Positions 10,591 through 20,162 of a stretch of DNA of 64,000 nucleotides are shown here, one piece after another. Made by a program: the position numbers and the translations under genes. A model generated the notes under the pieces. The model ran no database searches and had not been told where the DNA came from. It saw nothing but the letters and a program-made list of their open reading frames with translations. Source of the stretch: an uncultured Gammaproteobacteria bacterium (lineage in GTDB: Bacteria > Patescibacteriota > Microgenomatia > JALYQM01); the NCBI GenBank assembly GCA_964403585.1, contig CAYOFQ010000001.1:799008-863007 (forward strand), read 5' to 3'. Position 1 is the stretch's first letter. Each line of letters starts with the position of its first letter.

Positions 10591-11358
10591 ATGTCAACAG
10601 AAGCAGCATCTCCTATCATCCATATCGACACACTTCCCGATGCACCGGGCCAGCTTTTACCGCTCGTTCCAATCAGGGCCTTACTTCAGGAGACTATGAT
10701 AGGTATTGTACGGCCCGAAACACTGCAAAATAACTTGCAGCTCCTTGGGCAACCGGAACAACTACGAAGGCTAATAGTAGAGCTCCTCGAAGACGCCGAT
10801 GCAGTTATGGCGAATGCTGCAATTTCCGAACACCACGACCTTGGATTCGACAAATTGGTACTCGTTTCGGGAACAAACGGCCATCAACTCAGACTTCATT
10901 TATACGGTAAAGACACCAGAGAAGTAAAACCAGAAGGAGTTCATAATCATAAATTTGATTTTGGATCATACATCCTCTATGGCCGACTTGATAGTGAGAT
11001 ATTTCATCGACATCAGGGAGGTAAACCATTACATGAATATGTCGCCATGCCGTCTATAGATGCGCAAGTAGAAGCTTTTGACTATCGAGGAATGGCGGAG
11101 CTAATTCGGGTACATGCACTCTCTTTTGAACAAGGAACAATCTATACTATGAGCCACGGTGTGATCCATCGAGTTTGCTCCGTAGATGCGACCCGTCCAA
11201 CGGCAACTTTATTTCTCAGAACAGCAGCAATGCAAGCATCAGATTCTATCTTCACTCGGGATCTACTCACTAATGCCAGAGAGGTAAAACGCAGCCTTTT
11301 CACAACTGCGGAATACAGAAGGGTTTTGATAGAATTCCTGGAAAATCTACCAGAATAA
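10591..11358 (+). CDS. Hypothetical cupin-like protein (possible PCO/ADO-type thiol dioxygenase)
   Basis: His-rich cupin-like segment VHNHKFDFGSYILYG...FHRH. Assignment is tentative. Confidence 0.3.
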   Translation: MSTEAASPIIHIDTLPDAPGQLLPLVPIRALLQETMIGIVRPETLQNNLQLLGQPEQLRRLIVELLEDADAVMANAAISEHHDLGFDKLVLVSGTNGHQLRLHLYGKDTREVKPEGVHNHKFDFGSYILYGRLDSEIFHRHQGGKPLHEYVAMPSIDAQVEAFDYRGMAELIRVHALSFEQGTIYTMSHGVIHRVCSVDATRPTATLFLRTAAMQASDSIFTRDLLTNAREVKRSLFTTAEYRRVLIEFLENLPE

Positions 11359-11425
11359 ACACATTAAATTCGATTAAGAATACTTTGCACAACATTTTTA
11401 GTGAATTCAGCAAGTGTCATAACCC

Positions 11426-12016
11426 TTAGAACGAACCGGTTTTAACCTCTCCCGCCCGTTTATATGTCGCAACAATCACACCGGCAGGAGTAATGTGTGA
11501 CTCAGTTAACGCAAACGCTGCCGTAATTGACCCGGTATCAAACAATCGCTTGCCCTTTCCTAACGTCACCGGAAAAATTTTCAGCCACAACTCATCAACC
11601 AGATCATGCTTCAATAACGTCTGAATCAACGAAGCGCTTCCATGAACTTGAAGATCGGGTCCATCGGTTTCCTTTACTTTTTTGATGTCTTCGACGGTTT
11701 TTAGGAATACTGATGTCGCCCAGGGATGTTCGGTCATCGTTGTCGAAACAACATATTTGGTTGCCTTATTAATCCCGCCGCCGTCTTCATTATGATCCGG
11801 CCAATACGCTGCAAATATTTCGAATGTTTTACGACCGAGCAGTAAGTCAAACGGTTTACCCATTTGTTCACCCATAACCTTACCAAGTGATTCATCAAAG
11901 TATGGTACCGTCCATCCACCAAGGGTAAAATTACCGCTTGGATCTTCGGTTGGCCCGCCGGGACCTTGCATAACACCATCTAAAGACACAAAAGTTAAGA
12001 CATTGATTTTTCTCAT
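11426..12016 (-). CDS. RibD C-terminal domain / dihydrofolate-reductase-like family protein
   Basis: INVLTFVSLDGVMQGPGGP... signature. Paralog of 15173..15685. Confidence 0.7.
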   Translation of the reverse strand: MRKINVLTFVSLDGVMQGPGGPTEDPSGNFTLGGWTVPYFDESLGKVMGEQMGKPFDLLLGRKTFEIFAAYWPDHNEDGGGINKATKYVVSTTMTEHPWATSVFLKTVEDIKKVKETDGPDLQVHGSASLIQTLLKHDLVDELWLKIFPVTLGKGKRLFDTGSITAAFALTESHITPAGVIVATYKRAGEVKTGSF

Positions 12017-12054
12017 ATATCTTATTCTATCACTTATTGTTATATAGGTACATG

Positions 12055-12561
12055 TTATTTTGAAATCTCATCGAGGATCATAGCGACCACTGCATCTACT
12101 GTAATGGTCGTAGTATCTATGCGAAGTTCATTCTTGAGCAGCACCCGCTGAGACACTTCCGTGTTCCATTCGATCGCTTTTTCAAAGTTTTTGTATCCGC
12201 TATCTCTGGTCTCCTCTAATACCCGATTCTTGAGAACGGTATCATCAGTAACAACAAGCGTAAATATTTTATATTCACTTTTCTGAAATAGCTGCGGGAT
12301 CTGCTGTGTGCGAAACTCCTGTAAGTCGTTAACAATAACGTTTGAATACCCGTATTTAACGTAATTTCTTAGAATAAATACAAGATTTTCAAAAGACATT
12401 TGCTCATCCAGCTCACTTTGATTTGTCCACTCCCGGTTCAGGTGAAACTCGCGTAGCCAGCCAAATTCAACCAGTGGGGAATCTAATTTCGCTTTAAGAA
12501 GTTTACTAACCGTTGTCTTGCCAACACCCGGAGCACCGTTAACGAAAATAAGCGGAATCAT
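12055..12561 (-). CDS. P-loop kinase (AAA_33 / chloramphenicol-phosphotransferase-like)
   Basis: Walker A GAPGVGKTT near the N-terminus, about 170 aa. Confidence 0.55.
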   Translation of the reverse strand: MIPLIFVNGAPGVGKTTVSKLLKAKLDSPLVEFGWLREFHLNREWTNQSELDEQMSFENLVFILRNYVKYGYSNVIVNDLQEFRTQQIPQLFQKSEYKIFTLVVTDDTVLKNRVLEETRDSGYKNFEKAIEWNTEVSQRVLLKNELRIDTTTITVDAVVAMILDEISK

Positions 12562-12580
12562 AGTGTAAGAGCCTCAACTT

Positions 12581-12805
12581 TCAACTCATAATATCCGTTA
12601 ATAGTGAAACAATCTCCATTTTCTCTTCAAAAGTACGAATATCTGACATATCCGGCGTTGCGCCAGCCATTCGCACCACAGCTTTATCTACACAACCCAC
12701 TGCAGTTACGATAATACCTGCTTGAATATGATGTTCTATAACAAACTGCTTAATTTCCTTTTTGAGATCTTGACCCCGATGAAGCCGGAAAGCATGGGTT
12801 TTCAT
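12581..12805 (-). CDS. Small hypothetical protein (DUF296/PPC-like fragment?)
   Basis: 74 aa, overlaps neighbours by a few nt. No strong motif. Confidence 0.3.
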   Translation of the reverse strand: MKTHAFRLHRGQDLKKEIKQFVIEHHIQAGIIVTAVGCVDKAVVRMAGATPDMSDIRTFEEKMEIVSLLTDIMS

Positions 12806-12809
12806 AAGA

Positions 12810-13364
12810 TTACCACCCTATATTTCTTTTAATTGTATCAGTTGTTTCATAAACAGTCTGATTTGTCGTATCCAATACAATCCAATCAGGAAAATTTTCT
12901 GGTAACATCAGCGGATAGAGAGAATCAATAATACTTTCCGGTAAATTTTTACTTCTGGAACGGTTACGTTCAAGAATTTTCTCTTTGGTTGGCGCCAGCA
13001 GCGCAGTCGCATACGACACCCCGGCAAAATAGTTTTTCCAAACTGCAAACAGATCATGATGATTGTGAACAACATCCTCAACAATCACTTTGAAATTTTT
13101 GGCAATAAAATTCCGCGCGAGAGACGCTTCATTCTCGAAAGAAAGATAATACTGCAATCTATGTTCATCAGTCCACGCTTCAGCCGGACTCTTGAATTCG
13201 CTTTTTACTAATGCACGAACATCGTCACCGGAAATTACCACTGCCCGATCAATTGTTTTTGCCAGAGCACTGGCAACTGAACTTTTTCCCGATCCGGGTG
13301 CGCCGGTAATAAGGACAACATCAAAAGACTGTGGTGCCATAAATATACAAACTAAGTATATCAA
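12810..13364 (-). CDS. P-loop kinase (zeta-toxin/CPT-like fold)
   Basis: Walker A GAPGSGKSS. Second kinase-like gene in the same operon. Confidence 0.55.
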   Translation of the reverse strand: MIYLVCIFMAPQSFDVVLITGAPGSGKSSVASALAKTIDRAVVISGDDVRALVKSEFKSPAEAWTDEHRLQYYLSFENEASLARNFIAKNFKVIVEDVVHNHHDLFAVWKNYFAGVSYATALLAPTKEKILERNRSRSKNLPESIIDSLYPLMLPENFPDWIVLDTTNQTVYETTDTIKRNIGW

Positions 13365-13400
13365 ATTCCATTTTCACTGTTTCAAGTGTAGAATCTCTTT

Positions 13401-13805
13401 ATGGACAAGACATTTATAGACAAACTTGCTTTTATTGAAATTCAAAAGCGTAAAGTACTCGTTTCCCTCAGTAAAGGAAAAGCTACCTGGTATATTCCGG
13501 GTGGAAAACGCGAAAACGGGGAAACCGATGAACAGGCGCTGATTCGCGAAGTACAAGAAGAACTTTCGGTTACTCTAAAACCCGAAACGATCAAACTTTA
13601 TGGCGTCTTTGAATCACAAGCTCATGGAAAACCTGAAGGAACCGTAGTCAGGATGAATTGTTATACTGCAGAATTTGAAGGCACTTTAACTCCCAGTGCA
13701 GAAATTGAACAATTAGAATTTTTTAACCATAGACAGAAAGTGCTGTGTTCACCGGTAGACAACTTAATATTCGATGATCTGAATAACAAAGGATTAATTG
13801 ATTAA
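13401..13805 (+). CDS. NUDIX hydrolase
   Basis: Nudix box GGKRENGETDEQALIREVQEELS. Confidence 0.8.
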   Translation: MDKTFIDKLAFIEIQKRKVLVSLSKGKATWYIPGGKRENGETDEQALIREVQEELSVTLKPETIKLYGVFESQAHGKPEGTVVRMNCYTAEFEGTLTPSAEIEQLEFFNHRQKVLCSPVDNLIFDDLNNKGLID

Positions 13806-14277
13806 TATGACCATTAAAAACATCATCTATGAAACCGACAACTTCTTTGTCGACACTCCCGAACATCCGTTGATTGACCGGCTCGAAGGTGGGCATATTA
13901 GAATTACTCCGAAAGTCAAAGTCAGAGACAGAACCCGGTTATCGCCGGATTTGGCCAAAGAATACATGATGCTGTCAATGCTTGTCGGCGAAGCAATGAA
14001 AAATGGGCTTAGCAAAAGAGGCATAGATATCGGCTTAATAAACTATCAGGAAATGGGGAACTGGGCAGTATTTGAACCTGAAGGACCGTTAATGCACACG
14101 CATGTGTTCGGCCGAGCAACAACGGCAACTGTGCAAAAATACGGAGAAGCAGTTAATTTACCGAAAATCGAATCCGGATTTTATAAAAACTTCCAGCGGT
14201 TAAGTGATGAGGATATCAACGCAATAAAGGAAGAAGTACTAACATTAGTAACTACTGAAAAATACCGGAACTTTTAA
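13798..14277 (+). CDS. Hypothetical protein (weak HIT-like HTHVFG motif)
   Basis: ORF of 159 aa overlapping the upstream stop. Only a weak His-triad-like motif. Confidence 0.35.
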   Translation: MINMTIKNIIYETDNFFVDTPEHPLIDRLEGGHIRITPKVKVRDRTRLSPDLAKEYMMLSMLVGEAMKNGLSKRGIDIGLINYQEMGNWAVFEPEGPLMHTHVFGRATTATVQKYGEAVNLPKIESGFYKNFQRLSDEDINAIKEEVLTLVTTEKYRNF

Positions 14278-14286
14278 ATCCGCATT

Positions 14287-14649
14287 TTGCAAACAATGTA
14301 TAATACACCTATGGAAAAAGAAAATTCACCGGAGTCACCAACGCAATCAACGGCAGGCGGCACATCCTTCATAACGCTACAGAAAGCAATTGAACTAGGG
14401 GAATATGAACCGGTCAACCTTGCTAAGTTCGACGAGTGGCACAAACTCAGCCAACATGCCCAATTCCAGCTTATTCGTAAAGGACTGGATAATCATGAGC
14501 ACCAGCTAATGAAGGAGTGGGCTGAAATAAATAATGTCCTCGATTTTAGCAAAAAACCCCAATTGCAAACGGTGCTGAGAAACATCGAGGCAAGAATCCG
14601 TCAGGTACACCTGGACAGAGAACGATTGTATATGGAGTTTATAAAATAA
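14287..14649 (+). CDS. Hypothetical protein
   Basis: 120 aa ORF in operon context. Confidence 0.35.
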   Translation: MQTMYNTPMEKENSPESPTQSTAGGTSFITLQKAIELGEYEPVNLAKFDEWHKLSQHAQFQLIRKGLDNHEHQLMKEWAEINNVLDFSKKPQLQTVLRNIEARIRQVHLDRERLYMEFIK

Positions 14650-14663
14650 TTAATGGAGTACAT

Positions 14664-15056
14664 ATGACAGCTTCAGAAAATACTTCCGCAGCACAAGAGA
14701 TCGACGCCATAATTAGCAAGTACGACGACTGGCGTGGTCAGAAACTTCATCAAATTCGTACACTAATCAAAGAGGCCAATCCTGAAATAATCGAAGAGGT
14801 TAAATGGAAAAAACCAACTAACCCAGATGGAATTCCGGTTTGGTCGCATAATGGCATTGTCTGCATGGGAGAAACATATAAAGCTCATCTGAGGATTACC
14901 TTCGCCAAAGGAAAATCGCTCAATGATCCTAAAGGGCTGATTAATTCGTTTCGGGCAATGATTCTCCACGAGGAGGATAGTTTTGACGAGGCAGCGTTTA
15001 AAAAACTTATCCAAGAAGCGGTTGCACTGAATAATAAAACCAAAAACCAAAAATAA
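14664..15056 (+). CDS. DUF1801 (YdhG-like) family protein
   Basis: KYDDWRGQKLHQIRTLIKEANPEIIEEVKWKKP pattern typical of DUF1801. Confidence 0.5.
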   Translation: MTASENTSAAQEIDAIISKYDDWRGQKLHQIRTLIKEANPEIIEEVKWKKPTNPDGIPVWSHNGIVCMGETYKAHLRITFAKGKSLNDPKGLINSFRAMILHEEDSFDEAAFKKLIQEAVALNNKTKNQK

Positions 15057-15172
15057 AATGTGTTCCAGCCACACAATTACGATAATTTCGCTGAAAATTC
15101 GTACGTAGCAAACACTACACCTGTCTTAGTAATCTGTCCGTCAACCGCTTTAAAGCGCTGAGGCATGGTCCC

Positions 15173-15685
15173 CTAGGCAAACAACTTTTTGCCACTGCCA
15201 AGAGTAACCGGGTACGTCCGGATATGCATTCGATCGATAAGATCATGTTTAAGGAGGGTTTGGATGAGATTTCCGCTTCCCCAAACACACAGATCCGGAC
15301 CTTCCGAATTTTTGAGTTTTTTAATTTCTTCTACTACATTTCCGGTTATCAATTGCGGGTTACTCCAGGGTAGCTCAATGGTATTATGCGAAACAACATA
15401 TTTAGTGGCCCGATCAAAAGGAACGCCCCAACGGGGTTCATCCTTGTGAAATGGCCAAAAACCGGACCAGATATCATAGGTTACCCGTCCAAGCAATAAA
15501 TCGAACGGCGCCGCGAGTATTCTGGTGTCCGTCATAGCATCCGCGCCACCATCTTCATCAGCCCAGTCCATTTGCCATCCACCATACTTAAAACCATTTG
15601 AGGTATCTCCCTGAGGACCACCCGGAGCCTGCATAACGCCATCAAGAGTAATAAATGTTGTAGTAATGATTTTTCTCATAAGCAA
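15173..15685 (-). CDS. RibD C-terminal / DHFR-like family protein (paralog)
   Basis: ITTTFITLDGVMQAPGGP..., clear paralog of 11426..12016. Confidence 0.7.
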   Translation of the reverse strand: MLMRKIITTTFITLDGVMQAPGGPQGDTSNGFKYGGWQMDWADEDGGADAMTDTRILAAPFDLLLGRVTYDIWSGFWPFHKDEPRWGVPFDRATKYVVSHNTIELPWSNPQLITGNVVEEIKKLKNSEGPDLCVWGSGNLIQTLLKHDLIDRMHIRTYPVTLGSGKKLFA

Positions 15686-15722
15686 TTTCTCAACTAAGTG
15701 TGTTTAAAATACCATAAGGTCT

Positions 15723-16340
15723 ATGGCGAAATACTTCGACACCGTGCTGATCATTATCTCCGCCTTAATATGGCTCGCTATCACGGCATATTTGCGAATT
15801 AAAAAGAAAAAAGACTTCGCCTGGCTCCTGTTCTTTACAATTTTTTACATCTATTTTCTCAAGGTTTTAGATTACACTTTATTTCAGTACCAGTCGTTAC
15901 TGATTATAAAATCCATTAACCCAAATATTATTTTAAACGGAACCACTGCAGGCGAAGAAGTTAATCTCATACCTCTGATGACACTCACGTCCCGGGATAT
16001 CCAGACATCGGTATTAAATATTCTGCTGTTTATACCGTTTGGATCCGGACTGCCTTTTATTACCAATCTTCGAATGAAGAAAATACTTGGTACAGGCGCA
16101 CTGGTGAGTATCAGTATTGAACTACTTCAACTCGTATCAGGCTATCTGGGAGGAATCACTTTCAGAGTTACGGACATCAATGATGTGCTATTTAATACTG
16201 CCGGAGTTGCCATAGGTTATGCACTGTTCAGGGTATTTTCACTAACCTACCAAATGGTAATTCCCAACTCTGAAACTACCACTAACTCTATCTTTCGATA
16301 TATACATAAAATGACAAGGGTAACTAAGCAAATTCCATGA
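15723..16340 (+). CDS. VanZ-like membrane protein
   Basis: Four-helix VanZ pattern with the LNILLFIPFGSGLPF segment. Confidence 0.55.
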   Translation: MAKYFDTVLIIISALIWLAITAYLRIKKKKDFAWLLFFTIFYIYFLKVLDYTLFQYQSLLIIKSINPNIILNGTTAGEEVNLIPLMTLTSRDIQTSVLNILLFIPFGSGLPFITNLRMKKILGTGALVSISIELLQLVSGYLGGITFRVTDINDVLFNTAGVAIGYALFRVFSLTYQMVIPNSETTTNSIFRYIHKMTRVTKQIP

Positions 16341-16443
16341 TACCCACAAGTGTGGTTACAAATTACTTTTATTAGGAACTGCTTGCTATTTCTTTGCTAT
16401 ACTTTGTACAATTAGGCAATTACTCTTCTTAAAACTTTGTTGT

Positions 16444-16872
16444 ATGGCTGAATTTATATATCTCTATATTGTTCTCAGTCTTTCAATGCTCGTTTCCCCT
16501 TACGTTGTCCCGTTAGCAATTATTTCTGGGCTTACCCTTTTTATTCTACATAAAAAAATGGGTCGAAAACCTATGAGATTCTTTGCAGCAAGCTCAATTA
16601 TACTTATTATCTTTACATATCCCTTATTTTTTTTCTCTACTGTATTTGGTAGTGTAAACCTTGAGCAAGCTTTATTTACTTTTGGAATATTAACAGGAAT
16701 TATTGTAAGTGTTTCGGCGGCAATATGTGCTCTTTATTTTAATAAAAATATTAAAAAATTAACTTTTCATGAATATCGCAATTACGTATTAATCACAGCC
16801 ACCCCTGGAATTAGTTTTATAGCTTTGTTATTAACTTTTAATGTGATTGAGTATTATTTGTCATATAGATAA
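16444..16872 (+). CDS. Hypothetical 4-TM membrane protein (AT-rich)
   Basis: Hydrophobic 142-aa ORF. Composition differs from the backbone. Confidence 0.35.
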   Translation: MAEFIYLYIVLSLSMLVSPYVVPLAIISGLTLFILHKKMGRKPMRFFAASSIILIIFTYPLFFFSTVFGSVNLEQALFTFGILTGIIVSVSAAICALYFNKNIKKLTFHEYRNYVLITATPGISFIALLLTFNVIEYYLSYR

Positions 16873-17164
16873 GTTATTGTTAAGAGTACAAAATTTCACT
16901 CTTAATACTTGAAAATAGCCAATATATAAATCTGTTATCAAGATATAAGCCATTTTATCAACGAGTATTCTTAGTCAAAAGAGAAGGTTGTCGTTGTTTT
17001 GTTCGGAATCTACAACAGAAGCAAAGATCCTCACGCCCGCTTAGTTAATATCCATCTAATCTTACGAGCTAAGGATATATTGACAAGTTAATAGTATAAT
17101 AGCATAATATTAACAGTAGTTGATATATCATTAATATAAGAAATAAGCTCAACACGAAGGGGGG

Positions 17165-17437
17165 GTGATAATAATGGGTATTATTGTAACTTTAATCATT
17201 GCCGGTATTATTGGCTGGATAGCATCAATGATCATGAAGACTGATGGACAAATGGGTATACTTGCTAATGTAATTGCTGGCATAGTCGGTGGCTTCATAG
17301 GTACGTTTCTTTTCGGATTTATTGCTCCGGCTACCCCTACAGATAATGGACTTAATTTAGCAGGGATAGTTGTTGGTGTTATTGGCGCATGTATCGCAAT
17401 TTTCATTTGGAAGGCTTTATCGAAAAACAGGCTTTAA
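17165..17437 (+). CDS. GlsB/YeaQ/YmgE transglycosylase-associated family small membrane protein
   Basis: Gly-rich helices IIAGIIGWIASMIM...GIVGGFIGTFLFGFIAP. Strong SD (aagggggggtga) 8 nt upstream. Confidence 0.75.
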   Translation: MIIMGIIVTLIIAGIIGWIASMIMKTDGQMGILANVIAGIVGGFIGTFLFGFIAPATPTDNGLNLAGIVVGVIGACIAIFIWKALSKNRL

Positions 17438-17918
17438 AATAAATAAAGTTCTAACTATCCTAATCATCTTTTATTAGGAAATGTTAGAACTTTTTTATAT
17501 GGTGGTGGAAAGGGGCGGTTCCATTAGCTGGATCCAAAGTCCCAGATACTTAGGATAAGTAAAACGAATGACCCAACAACTTTGTAAGAACAAAATTTAT
17601 GTAAAGAAGATCCAATCTCTAGTAATAATAAATATGAGTTACATTTCAATCAAATTTTATCGCAGGTAATAAACTCAAGTTCGAAAACTTTACCTCCCAC
17701 ACATATCTGCCAGTAGGAGGATGTTGTTGGGATTAATGAATGAAATTAGAACTTATTTTTGTAGGTTAGATGAATCTAATTAAGACTAAATAGTAGAAAT
17801 AATTGAATACAATAATTGTTCATTAAGGCGAGATTATGGTATAATCCCTTAAATATTAGTTTTCTTAATGATTGTTAATTAGAGTACGGAGAGTTATTAT
17901 AAAAGTAATACTATACTT

Positions 17919-18911
17919 ATGTTAAATACAAATATTAAGTCTAAAATAAAAGAACTTTCCAAAATTAGAGGTAACTCTGAAATAATAGTCTATTTTACTT
18001 CAAATTCTAGACCAGAAAATTTATTTGCATCAAATATTGCATCTGACGTTCTACCTTTTTTAGGAACAATATTAGAAAAGTTGGGAAAAAAGAAAAAAAT
18101 ATCACTTTTTATATTTAGCCTTGGCGGATTCTTAGAAACTCCCTGGCCATTTGTGAATATAATTAAAGAATATTGTGAAGAATTCGAGGTTATAGTCCCA
18201 GACAAAGCCTTTAGCGCAGCAACATTAATTTGTTTAGGTGCAGATAAAATTATAATGACTCCTAAAAGTTTACTTAGTCCAGTAGATCCTTCAGCCGACT
18301 TACAATTAAGTGAAAAAATTCGTAGAAATATTCAAGTAGAAGATATTTTTGGATTTATTGAGTTTACTAAAGAAAAGTTCGGCATTAACAAAGAAGAACT
18401 ACAAATTGAAAGCCTAAAGCTTTTAAGCAGTGAAATACCTCCCTCATTTTTAGGATCAATTTATAGAACACAAAAATTAATATCGAGTTTGACTAAACGA
18501 CTTCTTTCCTTACATAAAGATAAGATTAAAGAGGCTGAGTTAAATAAGATTGTAGAAAAAATGACTCGTGATCTGTTTGCACATAATCATGTAATAAACA
18601 GAAGAGAAGCTAAAGACGATATTGGATTACCCAATATTGAATATGCAAATGAAAAAGAAGAAAAATTAATTAATGAGATTTTTTCCTTATATTCAGACGA
18701 GATGAAACTTGATAGAGAATTCGACGTCAAAGGATACTTAGGAGATAACACATCAAAACAATATGATTTAGTTAGAAGCATAATTGACTCAACAGACATT
18801 ACATATGGATTTTTATCAAAATATCAAATAAATATAGTTGATGATCAATTTAATATATTAAATACTTACAATAATTGGCAACTATTAAATGGAGGTACAA
18901 ATGAGCACTAA
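17919..18911 (+). CDS. ClpP/crotonase-fold serine peptidase-like protein (SDH/S49 family candidate)
   Basis: EIIVYFTS...ISLFIFSLGGFLETPW...VIVPDKAFSAATLICLGADKIIM resembles the S49/SDH catalytic Ser core. Confidence 0.5.
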   Translation: MLNTNIKSKIKELSKIRGNSEIIVYFTSNSRPENLFASNIASDVLPFLGTILEKLGKKKKISLFIFSLGGFLETPWPFVNIIKEYCEEFEVIVPDKAFSAATLICLGADKIIMTPKSLLSPVDPSADLQLSEKIRRNIQVEDIFGFIEFTKEKFGINKEELQIESLKLLSSEIPPSFLGSIYRTQKLISSLTKRLLSLHKDKIKEAELNKIVEKMTRDLFAHNHVINRREAKDDIGLPNIEYANEKEEKLINEIFSLYSDEMKLDREFDVKGYLGDNTSKQYDLVRSIIDSTDITYGFLSKYQINIVDDQFNILNTYNNWQLLNGGTNEH

Positions 18912-19119
18912 ATTAAATTCTTTAACTAATAACAAATATATTACAAAAATGCCTTATACAACTGATTCATATACAAATTCATCATCTAAGAATATAAATA
19001 CAATAAACTATAAGTCTTTAAACGATTTAATCATATCTAAAAACATTAAGGTTCAAACTAAAGATATACCTGAAAGAGAAATTAAAGAAATGTCGAGAAT
19101 TATATCAAAAAGTATTTAA
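18889..19119 (+). CDS. Hypothetical small protein
   Basis: 76 aa, N/S/T/K-rich, overlaps the upstream gene end. Could be spurious. Confidence 0.25.
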   Translation: MEVQMSTKLNSLTNNKYITKMPYTTDSYTNSSSKNINTINYKSLNDLIISKNIKVQTKDIPEREIKEMSRIISKSI

Positions 19120-19124
19120 TATAG

Positions 19125-19634
19125 ATGTATTCCACTCCGCCAGATAACAATAAACTATATCAAGGTGACATAATTCAAAACGGCTCTTTTTATATGCCTG
19201 CCAAGGTAGATCCTAATAACTCGTCCGGCATAAAGACGCCGCAAATTTATTCTGGCAAATTAATGATTATGACCCAAACATGTGATATTAGAGACAATGA
19301 TATTGTCCATGTTTGTCGCGTTCTTAGTTCGGCAGATTTTACACAAAAACTAATTGAAAAAGGTAAAACAATGGAGCAAATTTCTGGAGTATTAGGATTA
19401 CTTCGAAGCAAGAAAACTCATTGGAAAGAAAAAAGCTTATTTAACTGGTTTTATCTTCCTGAGAAGGACGATCTAGAAGAATCAATTGCGATATTAGACA
19501 GCAACGGAATGGTCAATTTAGATGAATTATTGATAGAAGATAGAGTTGCGTATCTTTCTGATCGAGCTCGACATTGGCTACAATATTATTTAATGCGATT
19601 ATGGGGAAGACCATTCTATTGGGAAGAAAACTAA
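19125..19634 (+). CDS. Hypothetical protein (island cargo)
   Basis: 169 aa with no recognisable motif. Sits in an operon with the peptidase. Confidence 0.4.
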   Translation: MYSTPPDNNKLYQGDIIQNGSFYMPAKVDPNNSSGIKTPQIYSGKLMIMTQTCDIRDNDIVHVCRVLSSADFTQKLIEKGKTMEQISGVLGLLRSKKTHWKEKSLFNWFYLPEKDDLEESIAILDSNGMVNLDELLIEDRVAYLSDRARHWLQYYLMRLWGRPFYWEEN

Positions 19635-19650
19635 TCTTCTGCAATTTTAT

Positions 19651-19866
19651 TTAAAAAGGGAAAATATCCTTAACTTTCACACCTAATTTCTTAGCAATTT
19701 TCTCAAGCAAATCTAAAGAAGGAGATTTTCTGCCTTGTTCAATATGTCCCATATGAGTACGGCTAATGCTCAAGAGTTCGGCTAACTGCTCTTGAGTTAT
19801 TCCTTTTTCTTGGCGAAGTGCTTTTATGTGCTTTCCTAATTTTTGTGACTTAGATCCAACTGGCAT
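19651..19866 (-). CDS. XRE-family (Cro/CI-type) HTH transcriptional regulator
   Basis: GITQEQLAELLSISRTHMGHIEQGRKSPSLDLLEKIAKKL HTH_3 signature. Confidence 0.8.
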   Translation of the reverse strand: MPVGSKSQKLGKHIKALRQEKGITQEQLAELLSISRTHMGHIEQGRKSPSLDLLEKIAKKLGVKVKDIFPF

Positions 19867-19867
19867 T

Positions 19868-19884
19868 AGCTATATTTGATAGCT
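19868..19884. promoter_or_regulatory. Inverted repeat AGCTAT-N5-ATAGCT at the XRE start, candidate operator
   Basis: Perfect 6-bp arms read directly from the sequence, immediately upstream of the ATG at 19866. Confidence 0.3.
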
Positions 19885-19940
19885 GTGAGCAAGAAAACAC
19901 CACTCTAGCCATGAGCTAGCATTTGTACCAAAAAATGCGC

Positions 19941-19968
19941 TTGACACAATAAAATACAAATCTATACT
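19941..19968 (+). promoter_or_regulatory. Sigma70-like promoter TTGACA-N16-TATACT, divergent from the XRE gene
   Basis: Near-consensus hexamers read directly. A small ORF with an SD follows. Confidence 0.4.
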
Positions 19969-19994
19969 AAAGAAAGTAGAGGAAAAGCAGATTT

Positions 19995-20162
19995 ATGAAA
20001 ACTATAGATAAAACAGATAAGATGTTTTTATTTTTAATAGCTCTCTTTATTATTCTCATCGCGATATATTACTTTTTCATCTATAAAGCTAAATGCGAGA
20101 ACCTTACAAATTTACCAATAGGACTAGTCCCCTTAAGATGTTTGCCGTTGTCCAGTTTTTAA
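19995..20162 (+). CDS. Small single-TM peptide (55 aa), unlisted in the ORF track
   Basis: SD GGAAAAG 6 nt upstream of the ATG. Translation MKTIDKTDKMFLFLIALFIILIAIYYFFIYKAKCEN... Confidence 0.3.
   Translation: MKTIDKTDKMFLFLIALFIILIAIYYFFIYKAKCENLTNLPIGLVPLRCLPLSSF

Noticed and set aside
16873-17918. Searched for a direct repeat of the tRNA-Gln 3' end to define the other att boundary
   Set aside because: Only a 7-mer match (gttggga near 17735) was seen. Large serine recombinases need not duplicate tRNA ends, so the left boundary stays undefined.
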